Assembly (NCBI GenBank): GCA_010909165.1
Contig: VJWM01000151.1
Span: 186,001 to 250,000, forward strand
From: Anthoceros angustus
Lineage: Eukaryota; Plantae; Anthocerotophyta
Reading direction: 5' to 3'
Length of the DNA: 64,000 nt
A model generated the notes under the pieces. It did not search any database. It was not told where the DNA came from and saw only the letters and a list, made by a program, of their open reading frames with translations. Below, one piece after another: positions 59,486-64,000 of this stretch. The translations under genes and the position numbers were made by a program. Numbering within the stretch: the stretch's first letter is position 1; every line of letters starts with the position of its first letter.

Positions 59486-62400
59486 TCACTGGTACTGACT
59501 CAACTCATGGCTGCTGGTGCGGCTGATTACCAGAGAGCTAAACCGCATGGACAATGCGCCCCTCTGAGAGGAGATAAAATTGTCAACCTGGTTTCCATTT
59601 GCGTTGTGGCGCTCTTCTCCCTCCCCAGAACCTCTGCCCATGGAAAATATGTCTTCTCTCGACTGATAGTCCGCTTGTCTGGGACTACCTTCAGGCGTGC
59701 GGCTAGGAGTGTGCCGAAACTTGTCGCTGTTGTTTCGTGCCTCCAGGACCAGGCCATTAACGACATTGGATCTGGTGTGCAGACCATTTGGCGACCTCGA
59801 CAGGTTCCTGTATCCGTCACCACCCGCGAACCCCCCTGCTTGGGTTCCGTAAGGTCGAACCTGAGAGCTACCATAACCTCCACTTGGTGGAGTCATGGTC
59901 CCTGGGGTTACACCACCAGAGTAGAGGTTTCCGGAACCCCGCTGTTGGTATTGATGACTAGCTCCTAGTGCTCTTGGGGACTCACTGCAGACGAGCATAG
60001 AGTCAAAAACGACTTGAAGACGCAGCACTAGAATACTCATGGACACAGGCCACACAGAGTATCAATAATCAAACCTTGAGAAGGCCTCTCCAGATCTTCC
60101 TCTCAAACTTTGAGCAGAACTATCAACGTCGTATGAAAATACTCTTCTGTGCCCAGGCCCCCTCCCTACATTCTGCAGGCAAAGACAAATCCCAAATCTG
60201 ATACAAAAGTCTGGACTCCAGCATCCAGACATCAGGTAAAGCGTTCAAACCAAAACTTACCAATGGTCTCATTGACGTGGTCAGTGCCCCTACATGGTCT
60301 GCTCCAGCCACCTGATCATCTGGTCGGAACATTACACTGCTAATTTGGTCATCAACTTTCCTCAAAAACGGATGCTCCAACAGTTGGCCAGCAGTCGGTC
60401 TCTCAGCAGGATTCCTTTGGAGACAAGCTCGAATGAAGTCTTTCGCCTCATCAGACAAAAAATCCGGGATCTGAGGAAGATCCTTTGTGTGCCCTATCTT
60501 AAACATAGCTGCCACCTGTATCCACAAGAACAAGGAAACAGCTGTTCAATACATCTGGTCCAAAAATGATTCACAAACAGCAAAACATGCTGGATACGCT
60601 TCACTGACCCCTTCATACTGACTCCAAGGTGGCTTTGCTGTTGCCATCTCAATGACGGTACAGCCCAGGCTCCAAATATCTACAGCCAGATCATGACCTC
60701 GAACACTGGATTGTGGGTTGACAACCTGACGTAGCCCACAAAAAGTCAGTGACAAAACTCAAGTGCATGCATCTGCCATGCAATTTGCCGAGCAGCCAAC
60801 TACGAGCATTTGTACCTCAGGAGCCATCCAATATGCTGTACCCTTCACAGAGTGAGTTGACTGGTACCGAGAAATCTGCATTACCAAATTCAGAATAAGT
60901 AGTCCTCCTTTGACAGCAAGACCTGGAATCAACCAACCACCATTATTTTCTGTAAACTAGGGGGTAGAGAAGTTCGATCGCTATGCATACATGTTTGGCC
61001 ATTCCAAAATCCGCAACTTTGACTTGCCCTTCATTGTTTACAAGAATGTTTGCTCCCTTGATATCTCTGTACAAGGCACCAGGAAATTTTGTGAAGGGAG
61101 GTCACAAGGCGTCCTAATACAACAACCAAAAAAGTAGAGGCCACGTAGTGTAGTTACCTGTGAACAGTGTTCATACTGTGAAGGAAAGATAGACCCGCAA
61201 GAATCTGGCGAGTATAGTTGCGGATTAAAGGTTCCTTAAATGCACCATACTCATGAAGTAGCTTATGAATAGAACCTCCTGAGACATACTCCAAATATAT
61301 GTACAGCTTGTCTTCAAACTGGAAGATCGAGATAAAACACATGAATTCAACTTACTTGACAAAGTTACCAACATGATGGAAAGTAAGAACAATGGAAATG
61401 CTCTGAACAACATCTAACACTCCTAACAGCAGACACAACTTACAGAGTCACTTGAATAGTACTGCACAATATTTGGATGCTGAAACCGACTCAACATGGC
61501 TATTTCCTGGATGCCCAACAGAGTTTCAAAATCAACCCCAGGAAATAGGCTGCTAGTGGTAGTTCCAAGGCCAACATACAAAGATATACCAGACCACCAT
61601 CTCAAAAATACAACAAAATGTATTTTGTTGCAACAAAACGCATCATGGAAGATTTACTTTACAACCACGGACTTTTCTCAAGAGTACTGCTCATACCTGC
61701 TCTAATTGCTTTACACTTTCCCTTGACTTGCTGTCATCAGACACAAGCAGAACCTCCTTCATCGCACAAGATTTACCACTATGGCTGCCAAGAAGAATTT
61801 ACATTAGCACCCTCTGGACATAAAGTTTGACTTTGACAATTGCAACAGAAACCACATAAAACAGGAGATCAGCTAGACAAAGGGCTAGAGGAAACAGGGA
61901 TTTCTGACTTAAGTTGAAAACATTATCCTAGTTCTATGCACCATAAGAGGAAGAGCATCATACCTGTTAAAACCTTTGTAGACATTACCAAACGTCCCAC
62001 TCCCAATCAACTGCCCTTTTTTCCATTCATTCGGAATAGGCTCAGCCCTCACACCTTCTGCTCGGGCTGGCCGAGGCGACTGCGGCATTGATACATACTG
62101 AGTTGGATGGGCAAAAGGAGGGGCGTTGGTATAAGCTGGAGGGGGTAGAGGTAGAGGATGTGCCATCATTCTCTCATCATGCCAACCGGGTGAATCAGAG
62201 CCCCTCCCACCAACAACAGGGTGCAAAGGAGAGACTGTAGCACTCTGACCTCGTGAACTTGGACCTGGGCTCCGCAGTCTTGGGCTTAGGATGGGAGATC
62301 TCTCTGGACTGGTTTTCTGCCAGAGAAAGTGATCTCCAACCGAAGAATTATGACCAGAGTTGTAGACCGAGCCCGGATTAGAGCCTTGGGCTTCTGTGCT

Positions 62401-63444
62401 CTTGGAGTGCCAATAAGCATTTAGAGCTCCCTGGTCTTGCTGGGTAAGCCTTCTCGGACTGCGAGAGGGACTCGACATGGAACTGTCAGGTGCACTAAGC
62501 AAACCATTCACATGTGGTATATGCAGGGGAGGAAGCTCTCCAGGTCGCCTAGAAGAAGTCACTGCCGGTTGCCCACCCAGATGAGGACTGGCCGGACGGG
62601 ACAGATCAACCCGTGACAGATCAACCCGGGAATTCCTTCTGCTGTGCTTCGGAGTAGGCTGGACAGAGCCAATTTGCTGAATTCTGAATACCAGAAAGGA
62701 AACACCGGTTATCACATGAAGGCGACATTCAATACGAGGAAGTGGACTCCCACATAAGGTACAGTCAACACGGCAACTATCTTCAGAGTAACCACGCACA
62801 CCACCATCTTGGACTAGACAGCAAGACAAGCAGCAGCCGAGAGTAAAGAGCAAACAATGAAGTGATGAATCTTACTGAAGTGGTCGTGCAGCATCGATCA
62901 TTTCCCCATCTTGGGGTGGCCTCAGGTTGGAGATGCGATTAGACACACCAAGTGGCCATGGTTCGGCACCCACTTGGTCTCCACTGGCTACGGAGCTGAC
63001 ACTGGAACCCGAACCCGAACCACAGCCAGAAGTCAACCCGTCAACATCTCCAGGCTCCAATTTGGCCGCCAACTGCTGATAGGAATGCGAAGGCATCGAA
63101 GATCCATGCTGAGGCAAGTAACCAAGTTGCACGTGCAGGGGGACCTGCGAGGAAAGTTGCACACCAGAATGTGTCCTTCCCAAAGGAGGCGCACAAGGCA
63201 AGGGAAGAGGGGTTCCATGCGAGGGACGATCTCTGAAACTAGGAGAGCGTGTGGCTGGGGTAGGAGGAGAAGGCGACCTGGGGGACTCGGCTTCAGACGG
63301 CAGATCTAAGCTCTGCCTGGACCTTCTAGAACTACTATCATCCTCCGATTGACTATGCTTAGGTCTGCTTCTCAGTATCTTCGGGAGACGAGTCTGAGAG
63401 CCATCAGCCTTGGGCTCCTTCGGAGACTTCTGCCACCAGGGCAT
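59486..63444 (-). CDS. YDA: YODA-like MAP kinase kinase kinase, 11 exons (63444-62876, 62683-61964, 61784-61697, 61506-61444, 61318-61158, 61066-60991, 60875-60816, 60725-60609, 60515-60261, 60172-60075, 59984-59486)
   Basis: N-terminal MPWW.KS; HPLPLPP; [69 protein letters not shown]. All introns are GT-AG and phases join without frameshift. Confidence 0.93.
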
Positions 63445-64000
63445 TTTCGGGATCCACAAGACCTAGCACTCAACCTAATGCTACGCCCCACACTTCAGCT
63501 CCAACATCCTTCTTTCCTCGCGGACCCTGCATACACCAGCTCATAGATATCTAAGCCCCTGCCAACCCCTGCCAAGTCAGGTACCCGACCTCCAGACCTA
63601 GAAGCCCTGCACAATGAACCCTCGCCCTGTGCAACAAGCACACGATCGAGTCCATGCCCTCCCCGTCTCAGTCCGTCACCAATCCTAACCCCTGTCCACT
63701 GCATTCCTCCCACAATTTACTCCATAACGTGTCCCCGCTCTTCATATCCTCAACCTATCAAAATCAAAGCAACATCACCATCGCCCACCACCACTCCTAC
63801 CCCCTCCACCATACACACATCTCCCCCCCGCAGCCGTAGGCCCTAACCTCCAAATGCGCGCAACTTCATCGCTCTAACTCTTCCACAGTCCCCAAAATGA
63901 CACTCCCAGAAAAGGCCGTAGTCCAGCCTCCGGCCTCTCCAGCACATGATCTCCACTAGACCCACCATCCTCCAAAAGCCCAAATCCCGATCCCCCTCCT

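Overview
Eukaryotic nuclear DNA from a land plant, probably non-seed (spliceosomal introns, YODA-type MAP3K, ALDH21-like fragment, Athila-type retrotransposon). No rRNA, tRNA or CRISPR array is seen. (1) 1-42.5 kb is a rearranged repeat region. A ~6.5-kb unit (F-box gene / gypsy integrase relic / acidic gene with a putative Alba-like N-terminus / non-LTR REL fragment) is duplicated in tandem. The second copy has an internal 1.77-kb triplication and a 17-kb Ty3/gypsy insertion (16023-33043; ~4-kb LTR, tRNA-Asp-type PBS, GCTAG TSD), whose empty site is still present at 5656-5660. (2) 42.9-58.6 kb is a nested mirror arrangement: two head-to-head alpha-amylase paralogues enclose two head-to-head uncharacterised genes (X1, X2) that share a ~170-aa C-terminal domain, plus minisatellites and a duplicated LINE fragment. 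(3) 59.5-63.4 kb holds an intact 11-exon YODA-like MAPKKK. Frameshifts cluster at homopolymers in the repeated sequences and are absent from the single-copy kinase, so many apparent pseudogenes may be consensus errors. All alignments were done by eye.
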